Positions 39,206-53,853 of a stretch of 64,000 nt of DNA are shown here, piece by piece. Position numbers and translations under genes: made by a program. How positions within the stretch are numbered: position 1 is the first letter of the stretch; every line of letters starts with the position of its first letter. This DNA comes from Camelus ferus (Eukaryota). The notes below the pieces were generated by a model, which searched no databases, was not told the DNA's origin, and saw nothing but the letters and a program-made list of their open reading frames with translations. Where the stretch lies: assembly GCF_009834535.1 (NCBI RefSeq), contig NC_045707.1:47928001-47992000 (forward strand). The letters run 5' to 3'.

Positions 39206-39989
39206 AGGCCCGATGGATGGATGGATGTTTGGAATCTGAAGTGTGGAACAATGTATAACATGTTAGGACATAAAACATTTACAAGCATGAAGTTAAAGAG
39301 CTTATTTTAACTGAATTCTGGTCACAATACCAATTTAAAGTCACAAGGTCAGGGCAGAAAGCTACAGGAAGTTCAAAGAAAATGAGAAAAATTATTCACA
39401 CCTTGTAAATTGTAAATAAGAACTCAGTAAGTCATAGATATCTTTGGGAAGAAGTGCTTAACTTCTTGGGATAAGTGCATAATACAGATGTTTTGTTTAG
39501 AACTTTTCCTGTTAACTGCTGCATAATCTGATGGTTTGCAGGGCTGTGTATCTTTGATCTCTCAGAGGTTTGGCTAATCACCCTAGGAAATTAGCTATTT
39601 GTTTTCAGCCTGGCAGGAAATGCAATGGCAAGCTTCCTAACAAGGAAAGCATTGAATGCAGCAACATGTGTGCTGGTTCGACATTCACCTGCCTTTGACC
39701 CTTGACAGGACTCGACCTCCAGCTTTGGAGCGTTCTATTTCCTACCTTTGGATCAGAGGTCACCATAGTTGACCCCTGGCCTCAGAATGATCTCTGACAC
39801 TCCCAACTCGGTTATGATTGTTCTGCATAATCTGTAGTCCCCCAGGGTCCAGAAATGCTCTTCCACTAGTTTCCACCAGCTGTTACCACCATTGTTCCCT
39901 CTCTCCCCTGGTCCTGGCTGACTGAAAGCCATAGCCCCTAATGATGGTGTGGCCCCTCCAGATTGCCTTGTGTACTGACTTTGATTGAA

Positions 39990-40210
39990 TGCTAATAATT
40001 ATTATTATAAGTGCTCATTTTCTGAAATGCTAACCATGCTACTACATTCAGCATCTCATTTAGCATTCAAGAATCCCATGAGAAAGATACCATTTATCCC
40101 TGTCTTTGGAGATCAGGAAACCGAGGCTGAGCAAAACAATGTAATTGGTCTAAATTCATACTGCCAGAAAGTGTCAAATTTAGGATCTGTCATTTTTACT
40201 CCAAATCCAT
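39990..40210 (-). mobile_element. MIR SINE
   Basis: gatcaggaaaccgaggctgag core. Confidence 0.65.
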
Positions 40211-40344
40211 TTCTCATACTTTCTATATATTAAAGATTCTCCATAGAACATCCCAGTATTGTTCTGGATACTGTATATGTGCATTGTGAAGCAGCTTTGT
40301 TTTCATTTTAAAACATGTTCTATTTTTCAATGCATTGGGAGAGT

Positions 40345-40830
40345 TCTCATGCAGATTTTAGGTCCTTTCTATCCTACCTCTTATCTAACTAGTTCCATGA
40401 AGCTTTGCCTAGCTTTAGCAGGTGCAAACTGGCAGTACCTCATCTCAACTCTCTGATATTTATCTTGGGATATTTGTGGGAAGCCATGCCATTCTTGCAT
40501 GCATAATCCAGAAGTACCTGGGAGCTAATGCCCACATATCCACCCTTGACTAGTGTGGGGTGGGAGCCAGTGAGCCACTTCCCCTTTACATCACACAATG
40601 ACCAGCTCCCAAGTGCTTCTGCTAAACCTCTTCCAAAGATCCTGTAGCAAGGAGCACCAGTTAACCATAGCAGTAGTCAACTGGAAAAGCCATTTTTGTA
40701 TCGAATTCCCTCCTTCCTTGTCTCACTTCTTTGTCTCTCACTCCTGCTCCCTAGGATCATATTTCTGAAGTAACTACCCACAAATGCAAGATTGACTCGG
40801 GACTGATTTTGGAAATACCCAGGCTGACTC
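40345..40830 (+). mobile_element. LTR16-like (ERVL) solo LTR
   Basis: ataatccagaagtacctgggagctaatgccc...cccttgactagtgtggggtgggagcc...tccttccttgtctcactt. Confidence 0.7.
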
Positions 40831-42709
40831 TTCCTCTTAGTGAGTCTGAATTTGTGAGTCCTTTTTTCAATCTGCAGATTATAGTTTTACATCTCACATG
40901 TTGGCATGATTGTGCACAAGAAATAATCAAGTTTATTTGACTTCTTAATCAGTTGATTTGGCTTCTATGGTGGGTTTATAATAATGCTGGCAAATACCCG
41001 TATGGAAGGTATTACCAACATATTTGTGTGAACTTACACTTGTTTTGCATTCTTAAGGGAACTTTAATTAACTGCTAAGTAAGATGACTCAAGTTGGTTC
41101 AGAATTTTCCTGGCTGGCTGTTTACAGTTCTTATGTAAATGGTAACTAAAACCTTCTCTTGATAAAAATCCATTCTAACAAATCTGTAGCTATTCTTTCC
41201 TATTCCTGAACTTCCATTCTGTGCCGTCTAAACACTATCCTTGAAAAGATGTGTAATATTTGTACCTGAATGGTTCAAGCCTTGTATTCTCCATGAAAGC
41301 ATACTCCCTAGCCATTTTAGCTCATTTGATCACTAGTTCTACAGCTGATTGAGGTGAGGAGGGAGGTGAACGGTAATGCACACTTTGGGGAAGCTTCCTG
41401 ATGATTCTGTTGCTTACCCACCCCTTACCTTTCTGCTGCCCTCTGCCCCTTCACACCTCACGTGGTCTCACACCTGTGGTGTAGGGCAAGCTCTGATGCA
41501 AACAATGCGATGGCACAATAAAATCATTTCTGCTGAACACTATCTTTAGAACCTTTGTGGATACAAAACTAAAACCAGTTGAGTGAAGTCAGTGGAGGGA
41601 AAGTCAAATGCCTTGCTTTCAGTTTGTATATTCTTAAGAGGCCCAGAGTTAAATTGCTTTTTAGGAAATCTCCTTAGCAAGTAAATTTGTATAAAAGTCG
41701 ATAAGCTTAGGAATTTTCACATCTTTCAGAGAATCAAATATTCCAGGTAATTATGATCTGAGGATCTGGGGAATGGATGGTGGTGGTTTATTCTGAATGT
41801 CAAGCAATAAAAAATATGGAAACGGAGATCATATATAGATTATACACCATGGATGATTCTCTTCTTTAGTTCTCCTTTGCACTGAAAAGCAGTCCTCTAA
41901 GCTGTATAAATTAACTAGAGCAGTCAGTACAGAGCTGCATTATTTGACCAAACAGCAAGATTAATCACATAAAAAATAGTATTTGAAAGAAAAGATTCTA
42001 TTAGCTGCTTTACTGTCTTTTGTGTCTGATACAAAAGCTAACATCAGTGTTCATGTAGGAGTTAAGTCAGTGAATATCGAGCTTCAAGACTGAATTATCC
42101 AATGTAAAAAATAAATGATAAAGTGAAAAAATACACACACATATACATGCATGTGCAGACACATACAGGGATAGCAAGATGATCCTGCGATAGCTGAATC
42201 TAATTTTTTTTTTAATCTTAACTAAAAGCATTTAGTAAATATCAGTCTCTATTTGACACTTTTCAGGATAATACAAGTGTCTCCCTCTTATACTTCGCCA
42301 CAACCTCTGCTATAGCATTTACGACATTTTATTATAGTTTGTTACATATCATCTATCTTCCCAAATAGATTATAAGGACATAGAGGACAGAGGACTGCCC
42401 AGTGAGTCCTAGCATGCATGTGGCATGTAACAGACAACAAGTCCATGTTTTAGGAAGTGAATAAGGGAATGATTCAAAATTATTTGGTAGTTGAATCTAT
42501 ACTAGTGGTATCCAGACTTTCTTTTTGTTCTGAGGACACACATTGGCTTGTCACTGAGAAGACTCAGTTTCCAGATGTACCAAGGTTCTCCTTGTAGGTC
42601 CTATGTAAACTACTAGCTTAATGTAGGGGGGGGAAAAAAACTATGGAAAATGTCATGAAATACACAGCATACACCATAAAGGACAAGTGCATGAAACATG
42701 TCTGAGCCC

Positions 42710-42900
42710 TGTATTGAGTATCTATTATTTACCAGATACTTTTATGCCCATTATCTAATTTTAGCCTCACAGTCTTTTGAGCTGCTCATGTCCTCCATTT
42801 CAAGGTCAGGAAATGGAGATTCAGAAACCTCAGGTAATTTGTCTCAAGAGAGACAAAGCCCTGCACAGAATCCAGGCTTTCAGAATCTGTACTCAGGGCT
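42710..42900 (-). mobile_element. MIR SINE, degenerate
   Basis: tattgagtatctatta...ctccatttcaaggtcaggaaatggagattcaga. Confidence 0.55.
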
Positions 42901-45739
42901 TGTTTTACTGGAATTTAGCTGGCTGCTTCTTTTAAGAGTATTTGTTTAGACAAATATTCCAAGGGGGGAAAATACCCAAACTAACTGTTTGGAGTTACAT
43001 TGATTCAACACAAAACAACCTGTTGATGAGCTGAATTATTCACTCTTCACTTGATTATTTTGTCATCTTGTACACACATACATACTCTAGTTAAGAATGA
43101 AAAATGTCTTTCATAAGGCTGTTCAGCTCTGCCCCTGGCATGTTCCATTCAGTGCATTGTTGTTATTTTTCTTTTAAATCTTCGGGCTTCTTGTTCCAAC
43201 TGCAAAAATAACCGAAACTTCTTTGTGTTTTTACTCTGTAATTTATTCTTGGAGTTATTCCTCATGTTTTATTTAAAAATTTTTGCTTTTAAAATGCTTA
43301 TGTCATGCATGTATAAGTTTTAATGGGGGGGAGGGGAAGGGTCGATATTTTACACCTGAAAAACATACCTTTAATTTTGTAGACATCAATAGACAGTGAT
43401 TTGCTGTATAGAAATTCACCTTACAGGCAACTTTTCAAAAACATACTATTCTGCAAAATGCAGCACCTGTTCAGACTGAGAGAGGTAAAGGAGCCAAGAT
43501 ATAAAAATTCATTTTGTAGCACCATGAATTCTTTGATCAGTTGTCTCTTTTCTCATAGCGAATTTCCCCCGTCACTACATTTCTAGGCTCCAAATGGAGA
43601 ATTATAATTCCAGAAGGTGATGGAATGAGCTGAGCTCCACAGATGCTGAGGCAGCCAGTTTACTGTTAGATTTCAAAGACAACATTCCCAAACTGATTCC
43701 TGAGGAGATTTGTTTTTATTTGGATAACAGAGAACTTGAGATGAATAAAATGATAGCTTTACAAGTGCTATTTAGCACTACTATATAAATAAGTAGCTTA
43801 CACAGCTAGACATAGTGATAAACAAAGGAGCATGTCAACTGACATTCAAATCTCATTAGTGCATTAATGTAGTCTTCCTAGGTATAGGGCAAAATAATTT
43901 ATATAAATGTGTATAGAGGCACAGAAAAATAAATCACCAAATACAAATTTTCAACAATTTAGCATCCAACAATATAATCTTTAACAATAAATGCTAACGG
44001 TAGCTGATTCCTCTTGCAACGTTTCAGTCATTTCCTTTATTTGAGCAGCTAGAGATCTCTAATGACCTCCTCATCTCATCAGACTGTGGTAGGGCTGACC
44101 TCATTCAGCACAGCCAGTTGTTCATAATTGGGTTTTGTGAACTGTGCTGAGTGTTAGGTGCTTTCCATTGAAAGTGTCTTCTACGTGATTCCCCATGAGT
44201 CCCATCCATTTCAGCTTTTCATTTCTCCCAGTAATGTGATCCTGCTCAGAGCTTCGGAATCTTTACAATGTGAAAAAGGATGGAGTGTTGCCATTATCAT
44301 GTATAAGAGCGTGTCTCAATTCTGGGTGGGGATCTGGCTGCTCTGAAACACAGGGGTTACAGAGGCCTCTCTAGCTAAGGATTAGTCTTTGTGCATTTAA
44401 ATCACATAGAAGAGTTCAGCTATTATTTAAAGTAGTTGATTTTACATACTGGTCCCCACACTGATTCCACTCTGTGATCAAATTCTAACCCATCCATTGT
44501 GAAATGAGGAAAAATAAGATTAAGGTAGAGAAGTTTAATAACTCTAAGTTATTTTGTTTTAATTCTGAAATTCTGTTCCTTGGAGTCATTTGGTGGAGGC
44601 TGTAGATATGGAGGTAATAATGTTGGTTTTGAAGTCCCTACTTGAATAAACTAAGGGTTGACAACTATATGTTGGCTCTACAACTATTTAGACTTTACTG
44701 GTCTATAAAATCCAAATTCTTCTATCAAAAATTTTATTCAAAAATGTATTGAGAAAATTAGTTATTCTTTGAATAGAAAATAAAAGTCATCTAACAAAGT
44801 TTCATAGATATTTCACAGTTAAATCCCAGATTGGGTAAATATCTAATTGTAAAAGGCAGAACAATAAAAACCATTGGAAAAAATAAATAGTGAAATATTA
44901 CCATCAGACTGGGGAAAACTTCCAAGCAAAACAAGAAACCCAGAAGCCGTAATGGGGGAAAAAATGATAAAAGAACAGATTTGACCTTAAAGGTCTCAGT
45001 TCTCAGAAAAACTTATTATCTAAGTCCCTTCAGTTTCAGCAGAAGTCAAAATTGTCATGATACAAAAATGCCCCCTAATATTAACACCCATACTCTTTCT
45101 CTGATTAGTATTAATATCTATTTTGATCCATTATGTCAGTGAATTAATTATTGTCTGATGTTGGAAACAATGAATAAACAATTCAAATTCAAAACAAATT
45201 GATTGCTAAGTGAGGTTACAAATCTTATAAATGTTTCAGGATTTTGTGAAATGATTACAATGATGTTGGAGAACTGCTTGAATCATAAACAAATTTGCTG
45301 ACAAATGAGGATTCAGAAGTGTTGGACCAGTTAACAACTACTACAGAGGTCCTCAGGCAAAAGGATAAAACCCTCTGACATTTTTATGAAACAGTTCTTC
45401 ATGATCATACTGGGAAAGCACTTATTCTGTGGAGGGCTTGTTAGAGTGCTAGAATACAATTTGACTTACACCTTACCCACTATCAAAATAAAATAATTGT
45501 CTTCAAATGTCTTAATAATTAGCTAGTTTTTAGAATTAAACTTAACATAAGACAAAAATCAACTTAATTCCTTATTGTCACTTTATTTTAAAGGTAAGGA
45601 CTAAATCAACTTAAAATGTATTTACTGTGACATTTTGGTCTGTTTTGAAAGCGAGGTCACTTAATTTAGACCTCTTGTATCAAATCTCCTTGGAGACCAC
45701 CTATTTATAAGTATATAGACGTCTATATTAGGAGGAAGA

Positions 45740-46570
45740 TAAGCAAAGACTGAGAAAAAGTATTGGCAGCACCCACTACTGATAAAAGGTTATTATCTTC
45801 AATATAAAAAGAGCACCTACAAATTAATATGTAAAAGATAAATACCTCACATAAAATACTAATGAATTCAGAGACCAAATTATGAATTCAGAAGAAGAAA
45901 TATTAACAGTCAATAAAGCTATGAAGAGATACCTAACTTCATTAGTATTCAAGGAACAGTAAATAAAGCAGTAAGCTAGCAGTTTTGCCCATCAAATTGA
46001 CAAAAATTATATATATATACACACATATATATATTCAATTTTGGCAAGAATGTGAAAAAATGGGCACTCATTGGAGTGTAAAAATTAGATTCCCTTTTGC
46101 TGACTAATTATAATCTATGCTAAAATCTAAAATAAACTATATTAACATCTAACAATTCTACATCTAGAACCTATTTTATACAGTATTAGAATACATAAAA
46201 ATAATGTATACAAGATATTCATTGTAGCATTATTTGTAGTGACAAATAAGAGCTTACTAGAAAATTCCAGTGAATGTTGTACATTCATATAATTGACTAT
46301 CAAAGACTCATTAAAAAAAATAAAATGTAATCTGGAAAAAAAATGTCCAAAATGTAATATTATGTGAAAAAAATCCAAGAGCAAACAAATTTGTATAATA
46401 CTCCAGTCCTGTGAATATATATGTTTGGCATGAGTATACACATCCACCCCCCCCAACACACACACACAGATGTTAAAAATCAGGCATAAGAGTCACCAAA
46501 TTCTTCCCAGTGATTATCTTTGAGAGATCGGATTGGTAGAGGAGGGGGTGATTCTCACTTCTTGCTTTAT
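45740..46570 (+). mobile_element. L1ME-like 3' remnant
   Basis: gactgagaaaaagtatt...atgaagagatacctaacttcattagta...tgtatacaagatattcattgtagcattattt; a related fragment lies at ~44700-44990. Confidence 0.75.
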
Positions 46571-46734
46571 ATATATATATATATAAATAGTGAAATAAGT
46601 GGCTGAAGAAAAGGCCTAGGATCTTATCTGAGGCTTCAGACAGCATCCAAGGTGACTACCATGGCTGAGAATGCACTTATAGCCAAGATTCACATGCATG
46701 ACCTCCTGAGCACATGCTATCTGTCATAGTCTAG

Positions 46735-47272
46735 TTCAGGCCTCTTCACCTGGAGCTCAGGGATTTGCAAAGATCTGTGTATAAAATTAAGGGAGTCTAT
46801 GAACTTGAAAGTGAAAAAAATTACATCTGCATTTTTATTAACCTCTAATTGATGTTTAGCCATTTCTAAAATTAAGGGGCAACAAGTCCCAGAATTGTTA
46901 GCAGTACTTGTGACTTTGTCACCAATAGAAATCATAACTACTTTCATATCTCACTGCATTTCTTAAAGACATCTCAAAACATTGCTTATGGACTTTTCTC
47001 TCCTCAAAATAAATCATTTCATACTCTCCATTAGATCTTGTTCTTTAACACAGTGATAAAGGAGCACATCTACTACTATATCACAAGTATGTAGTTTTTA
47101 AAACTATTTTATTAACTATATATAAGCATAATTGACTTCCTTTGTGATTCTTCTTTGTGTGCACACATGCACGTTTAAATATTCAGAAAACAAGTCCATA
47201 AGATTCACCAGACACTCTCTCTTCCCACCCCAAGGTCCATGGCACAAACATAAAATGGCTAAGAATCTCATT
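46735..47272. mobile_element. hAT-Charlie non-autonomous element (MER113-like)
   Basis: gaaaaaaattacatct...tagcagtacttgtgactttgtcaccaatagaaatca...ggtccatggcaca. Confidence 0.7.
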
Positions 47273-47399
47273 AAGTATATTGGGATTTTGGAGAAAGACA
47301 CTGGAATGTAGTAAACATGATGCTAGACTGTAATTTAGAGATTTGCAGCTTACTCTTTAATTTACATCCTGCCCAGAGATGGCCTTGAAGACTTTTGAA

Positions 47400-47740
47400 A
47401 GCTTCTACTCTGTACCAGGCACTTCTCTAAGTGGTGAGACAAAGATGTTCAATGAACAGGCAATAAGCAGTTCAGTGAGCTCACATGGAGCTTACATCTA
47501 GAGGGATGGGGGTGGGCAGAGGGCAGATAGAAAATAAACAGGAGATCAAATAAATAATTACAGATAGAAGTAAGTTCTATGAAGAAACTAGAAGACTATG
47601 GACAGGCATTTGGATCCTTTTCTAAGTGCATCAGGAAGGTGTTAGTTATCTTAAGCAGGGTGGAAGATTGATTATAGGAGGATAAAAGGTAGTGGTGGCC
47701 TGGAATATAGAGGCAGAGAAAGGGAACTGGAGAAAACTGG
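47400..47740 (-). mobile_element. L2 fragment
   Basis: ctactctgtaccaggcac...ctcacatggagcttacatctag. Confidence 0.7.
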
Positions 47741-48399
47741 AAGGAAATGACCTATGTTTGGTTGCTGATCAATAATTTTTGCATTCCACTTCAGGAATAG
47801 AACATCCATTCTAGAGACTGTAAAATCAGTCTTCCCAAATCACTAGTATAGTCTGTGAATTAGACTACATGATACCTGAACAGTCGTATTAAAACATAAG
47901 TTCAAATTGGTCACTTGACATGATCAGAAAGGCAATAGAATGGCAGGATATAAGCTTAGGCTGATAGTTAGAATCTGACAGAAGGCTGAATCACATCTTC
48001 TCTGTAGATACAAGGAAAACAAAATCAGATTCTATGAGAAAAATATGTTGATGAAGCATGCCATTCCAAACCACCAGAAAAAATCAGGAATCGTATCACA
48101 TTCAGAAGATTAAGACAAAATGTTTTGGGATAGAGCTGTGTTTTCAACGAGAGGCATGCGTGACCACACTTGCAAGATGGAAGCCTGCTAGCCAGTTCCT
48201 AGCAACGCTGGGGATCTTTCATAACAAGGAGCCTCTCAGCTCAATGACACACAGCTCTCATCAGCGACAGCTGTGTGATCATTGTTAAGGCCTGTCAGCC
48301 TCAACAGCTCTGGCAAAGAGCCTTGTGTAACAGTATCACCAGAATTATCTACCAGGGATATGATACAATGCAATTACGTTGCTGTTTCTGTTGTCATTA

Positions 48400-48940
48400 C
48401 TATAGCTACCGTTTATTGAACGCCTACTCTGTGCCCCACGGTTTACTGGGAACTTTATATGTATTGTCGTGTTTAATCCTCAGACAAGCCCACGAGTTAA
48501 GTAATACTGTCTGATGAGTTCAGTGTAAGTATTGTATGTTCTACTTATGTAATGCATGCACTGTATGACTAAAAACCTACCTATTAGACAGGTAGAACAT
48601 TTCCATTATTGTAGAAAGTTCTGTTTGACGGTGCTGGGCTGGCTGGATGCTTAAGCAAATCTATGCTGTCCGATTCAGTAACAACTAGCTGCATTCGTTA
48701 CTGAGCTCTTGAAATGTGGCAGGAGCAAATGAGGAGCTGAATTTTAAATTTTATTTATTTAAATTTTATTTAACTTCTTAATTTTTATTTAAGTTTATAT
48801 AAATATACATTTAAATAGTCAGTGTAGTTAGTGGCTACTATACTGGTCAGCATAGATCTAAGACCAAGTTCACATGGCTAGCAAGAACCAGAATTAGGGA
48901 GTCAGTCCTGGGATTATCTGGTTCTAAAATCATGCTTTAA
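48400..48940. mobile_element. MIR (minus) interrupted by MER3-like (~48510-48636) and MER33-like (~48661-48855) hAT MITEs
   Basis: MIR tatagctaccgtttattga; MER3 end agaacatttccattattgtagaaagttct; MER33 termini ctatgctgtcc...ggtcagcatag; MIR resumes ~48862. Confidence 0.75.
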
Positions 48941-49202
48941 AAATTAGTAGTAGTTGGGCACCCTAAACGATGTCCTCATGTTTGCTCCATTAGAGCATTT
49001 CAGTTAATACTTACAGCTACTTTCTTGTATGTGAGCTTGGAAGAGCACTAAATTCTGGTGCCCTGAGCAGTCACCTCTGAAATATCTCTATGCATAGGCA
49101 GTGCCACCTACCATGGACCCTTTTGTATTAGAACCCCTGGTTATGTCCATCAGGCTAATCAAATGTGCAGGTAGGCAGCAAAATGAAGAGAGAAATTATT
49201 GG

Positions 49203-49715
49203 TGCTAGATATTTTCTGTTTGTCCCCCTAGACCTACTCCCCAGATCTCCACTCTGCTCTAGTCTCAGGGGCCTAACAGTTATGGACTGCTAAATAGGGC
49301 CTCCTTGTCCCATGGCTTCTGGTTGGGTCCAGCCAATGGCAGCCTTTAGTTGGAACTTGAAGGGTAGGAAGAGAAAGAGGTTCAGGTCTTTATTCCTCCT
49401 GGCTCTCTCTCTTCCAGGCCATTGTTCAGCAGTGGCTACGTAATTCTATTTAAGAACACACCTCCTAGTGAATGGCTCTGTCCTTAGCTGCAGGTCTCAC
49501 TAGGTTCCAGTAATTATCTCTCCTATTTCCCCTTCACCTAAAACTGATAACAGCTTCCCACTGTTGGTGGCCCTCTGGTGTTTCACTGATTTGTGTTGGT
49601 TTTCCTTCACCCTGCCCACACTTTGGTAAACCATTACTTTGCTAAACTCCTTTCTGCCACTCCTTTTGAATGTCATTCATTTCTTTGAATGTCTTATGTC
49701 TTGCCGGAGATTTGG
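49203..49715 (+). mobile_element. LTR33-like (ERVL) solo LTR
   Basis: ggcttctggttgggtccagccaatgg...tttattcctcctggctc...ccctgcccacactttggtaaa. Confidence 0.75.
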
Positions 49716-50179
49716 ATAGTTAGATTATATGATGAATTTAAAGAATAAGAATTATTAGCTCACTTAGGAATGAATAATAAAGAAGTAACATAGTATTTTA
49801 TAAAGTGGTTATCACATATTAACCACAAAAAAATGCTGCACATTACAAATTATACATATGAAAGCTTTGTCAAGAAGTGATGTCTGATGGCCTGAACTTT
49901 TTTTTTGTTATTAAAAAGATGCAAAGAGCATATACGAGCAGGGCCATTCATTACAGCATTCTTTTATATATAAAAAAGTTGAAGCAAAGCCATATGTCCA
50001 TCAGAAGAGGAATGGTTAGACTACTTGTTTTAAAAGGAAAACTATGTAGTTATTAAAAAGAATGTGGAATATCTTTAAATACCAACATGGAAAGATATCT
50101 ATGACATACCTTTGAGTGGGGGAAAAAACTGTCAAACTGTACATACAATATATTGCAATATTTCTAAAAATAAATGTGA

Positions 50180-50620
50180 GTTCACTTATTCCACAAATAT
50201 ATGGAGTACCTATTGTGTGTCAGGCATTGTTTCAGGCTTTAGGGATTCAGCAGGGGTAAAAACAGACAATAATCTCTTTCTTGGTGGAGCTTGCCTTCTA
50301 CTGGAGGAAGACAGACAATGAAAGTAGTCATATATGTAGTACGTTAAGAGATGAAGTTTGCAGAGAGTGGTAGAGAGTGTTGGACAAGGGGCCCAATGTT
50401 GGAGAGGATGTTTATGGAAAGCCTCGCTGGGAAGTGACATTTGGGTAATGACCTGAAGGAGGTGAGAGGGCAAGACCTGAGCTTAAGTGGAAAAAGAACA
50501 TTCGGGTAGAGATTAGAGAGTGCAAAGGCCTGGAAGTGGATGTGTGCCTGATGTGATGGAAAAGGAGGTGAGGGGAGCAGTGTGGCTGGAGCAGAGTGAG
50601 TGTGGAGGAGATATGTAGAA
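50180..50620 (-). mobile_element. L2 3' end between L1ME-like fragments (~49910-50170 and ~50640-50800)
   Basis: ttcacttattccacaaatatatggagtacctattgtgtgtcaggcattgtt...ggagcttgccttctactgg...tgcaaaggcctgga. Confidence 0.85.
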
Positions 50621-52639
50621 GAGCTTAGGTATTTAACCATATACGTTTGTATGTGGACTTTAAAAGATCTAAAAGTACCCACCACACTCTTAACAGTAAG
50701 TAGTTGCTCCTGGGAAATGGGGAACATTCCTTCTTTTTGAAGAGGTATTTGGTTTTAATTTTATACACTGGTGTATTTTTTAATGTAAAAATAGGTGGGG
50801 GTGGCTATTAACATTTTAAACCCATTTGTTATTTCAGAGAAGACTCATAAAACAAAAGACCATATAGAGGTCTAGTACATACCAAGAAATTTAAATAACT
50901 TTTCTCCAAAAGCACCAGTATTTTCACAGAAAGTGACTCAAGACTTTTTTGGTCAAAATTACATGTTGACATGACAGGCCTATTCTCTGAGTGTTAACCT
51001 CAGTGGAATGAGTTCCATTTTAAATGCCTGCTATGACAGTGACAGCCCCACACCAATTATTTCCATCTCATGTCTTGCTAGACACTATAGCCTCTGACAG
51101 TGGATTTGCATTTATTTCTATTGAGTTTAGGGAATTTATGTATGAGAATATTATGAAATGTCACCATTGTGATTCATTAAGCAAACTAACAGCCTTAATA
51201 CAAGCTAAGGATGCCCTGAAGCAAGTTGTTAGAAGAAATTGGCCAAAACAACTTGCTAGATTCTTCACTCAATATGTAATTGCATATTCAACAAAAGTCC
51301 TCTGGGCTCCCGCTGAGACAACATGGCAAAGCTCACGTCAACTGACCTCCATAAGATTAAGTTGGGATTTCATTCCCTCACTCTTTGCTCATTTTTATGA
51401 GAATAGTTATTCTTTTGAAGAACTGTGGGATCTCTCTCTTCCTTCCACACTCACTTCCTTTTTTTCTCTTTTCTTCCCAGCTCCTTATTTACCGTTGTTC
51501 TTCCCTCTCCAGCATAAGTTGTACATTTCTTTCCTTCAAATCCTAGCTGATACCTCTCTCATGTTTGGTCTCTCTTCTGTCTCCCTCCAATTTCCTTTTT
51601 CTCGTGTATCTCCTTTTCTAATTAATATCAAATGTTCATGATATGCAGTTACATCTATTTTAATAGATATTTTGCTTTTTCACCTTTTTTCCTTAAAAAG
51701 AAAAGAAACAGAAAAGTTGGGAAATCTTGGTAAACATACAAATAAAGTGCTTTTCGCTTATTTATTTTAAAAAGCAAAGAAAGAAATATAACTGCCCAGG
51801 AGGATTTCTATCACCACAATTGAGGGCAAGGTGTGCACTGATGAGGATGAGACTATAGGTAACTCAGTCGGTGTTGTTCTGGTAACTTAACAGTAAGGCA
51901 TTAACTAAAAGAACTTTTAGAAGAAAAATGATATAGGATATCTGTAGTGTCTGTCTCCATTCCTATGCCCATAAAAGATATTGTCAACCAGTCACAGCCT
52001 TGCCCCTTCAGGGATGCAGTTTCAGGATCCTTCTCAACACAGTACTCCAGGCAGCCACTACCATTCATTGGCATTAAGGGTGAAACTTATTTATCATCCT
52101 GCTTTGGAAGCATCTCTTCTGGAGTCATCTCACCTTGTTGGTGAGCTGTATCACTTCTCCAGAACCACAAAGTATAGGCAGAAACAGTAATTCTGCTTGG
52201 TATTAGGGAAGTGCCTCAGAGCTATAACTTAGATGAGCTGGTCAGGGCTTTTCCCCAAGACACCAACATTTAATGGGCAAAATTTTAATAATTTTTAAAG
52301 GTTCTGTAATGTTTCCTCCCCATCACTGACTTCCAGCTGTGGGGAAGAGATTCATCTGGCCAGGCACAGATCCTTCAGTAGCTGATGTACTGTATGGAAG
52401 GAACCAGGGAGCAGAGGTCAAGGGCAAGTTGTCCATGGCCCAGTTTCCCTGTGTCCTCATCTCCCCTCTCCCATCCACAGCCTGCCTTATTAGCACATCC
52501 TCGTAACTCAAGACTATATTTTGTGTTGCCCCAGATCCCAGTTATTGCTAAATGTACCTCTAGGGTTACTTGGTCTTTTTTTTACTGGATAATGGAACCA
52601 GTCTCACTGCATAGTACCTCCTTTTCGGTGTGAATTGGG

Positions 52640-53180
52640 GAAGTTTTAGAGCTAAAGTACAGTTTGAAAATACGAGTTAGGAGCCTTAAAAATACCCATC
52701 TCTTTGACCTAGTGCTTCCACTTCTATACTAAATTAAAGAAATAAAATTTTACAAATTTACACATAATTTTACAATTTTACAAATACACACATACACACA
52801 CAAAACTTGCTTATCTGAACATTATTTATAACAGAGAAAATAGGAAGCAATATAAATCTTGAACATTAAGGAACAAAAATTCCATATGGAGTACCATGTA
52901 AAAACTTATAACTTATCTATCATATTTGTAATAAATTGTTAAGTTTTAAAACTTAAACAGAGAAAAACTACAAACAGTATAAACTATCCTCTGTTCTCAA
53001 AAATGCTATACATGAAATAACCAAAAATAACTGTAAATAACAGAAATGTTACCAATGGTTATCTCTGAGGGGTGTGCTTATGCATTATTTTTATTCTTTC
53101 TTGCTTGTCTGTCATGGGTTCTATATTTCCCAAAGTGAATCCATAAAATATTTTAAATATAAATAAATAAAATACAATAA
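52640..53180 (+). mobile_element. Highly degenerate L1ME-like 3' remnant
   Basis: ctttgacctagtgcttccacttcta...aatgttaccaatggttatctctg. Confidence 0.55.
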
Positions 53181-53853
53181 AATTTTGCTTGTTTTAGTGA
53201 AAACCTCCTTTTCATTGGTGATTATATTAAATGGGGAAGAGTATTGAGAATGCTTAAGATGTTATGTTGCAAGGTTAATGCATTTATTTCATCTTCTGGG
53301 TTTTTGTAGTTTTTACCAGAGTGTTTTGGAAGAAGGGGGAGCACTGGAGTTGACTCGAGCTGCCCCATGGTAATAAAGGGCTGTTTGTTTCAACTCTGTT
53401 TATCCTGTGATTGATTTATGGGGTGGAGATGATTTTTGTTTATTCGTATGGCTACCAAATATAACAGTATTACAACACCCATTGAACAGGTGGTTGTGCA
53501 GAAGGAATGAGCCGGAAATGAGAAAGTACTTTTTGGACAGTATGATTTTGTACAAACACAGTGTTACTAAGGTATTGTCGTATGCTCCACATTCTTCACT
53601 GGTTGAATTTTTCAACTGGTCCTTTTGTAAGCGTGGAGGCACCACTTCATCTGAGTGAGGAATAGAATGGCCACATCAGGTATACATTTCTGACCGTTTC
53701 TCTTGTCTCACGTCTCCTCTTGAGCTTAAATTAGCATGTTGTTCAGTTGACTTCCTTTGTGTTTTTCTTCCAAGTAAAAACAGCACAAAGTCAAAACAGT
53801 TTAGAGTGAAAAGCAAAACACTAACAAATCCCCAAAGATGGATCCATTTAGTG

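Noticed and set aside
45713..45728. 16-bp palindrome ATATAGACGTCTATAT
   Set aside because: About one is expected by chance in an AT-rich window of this size
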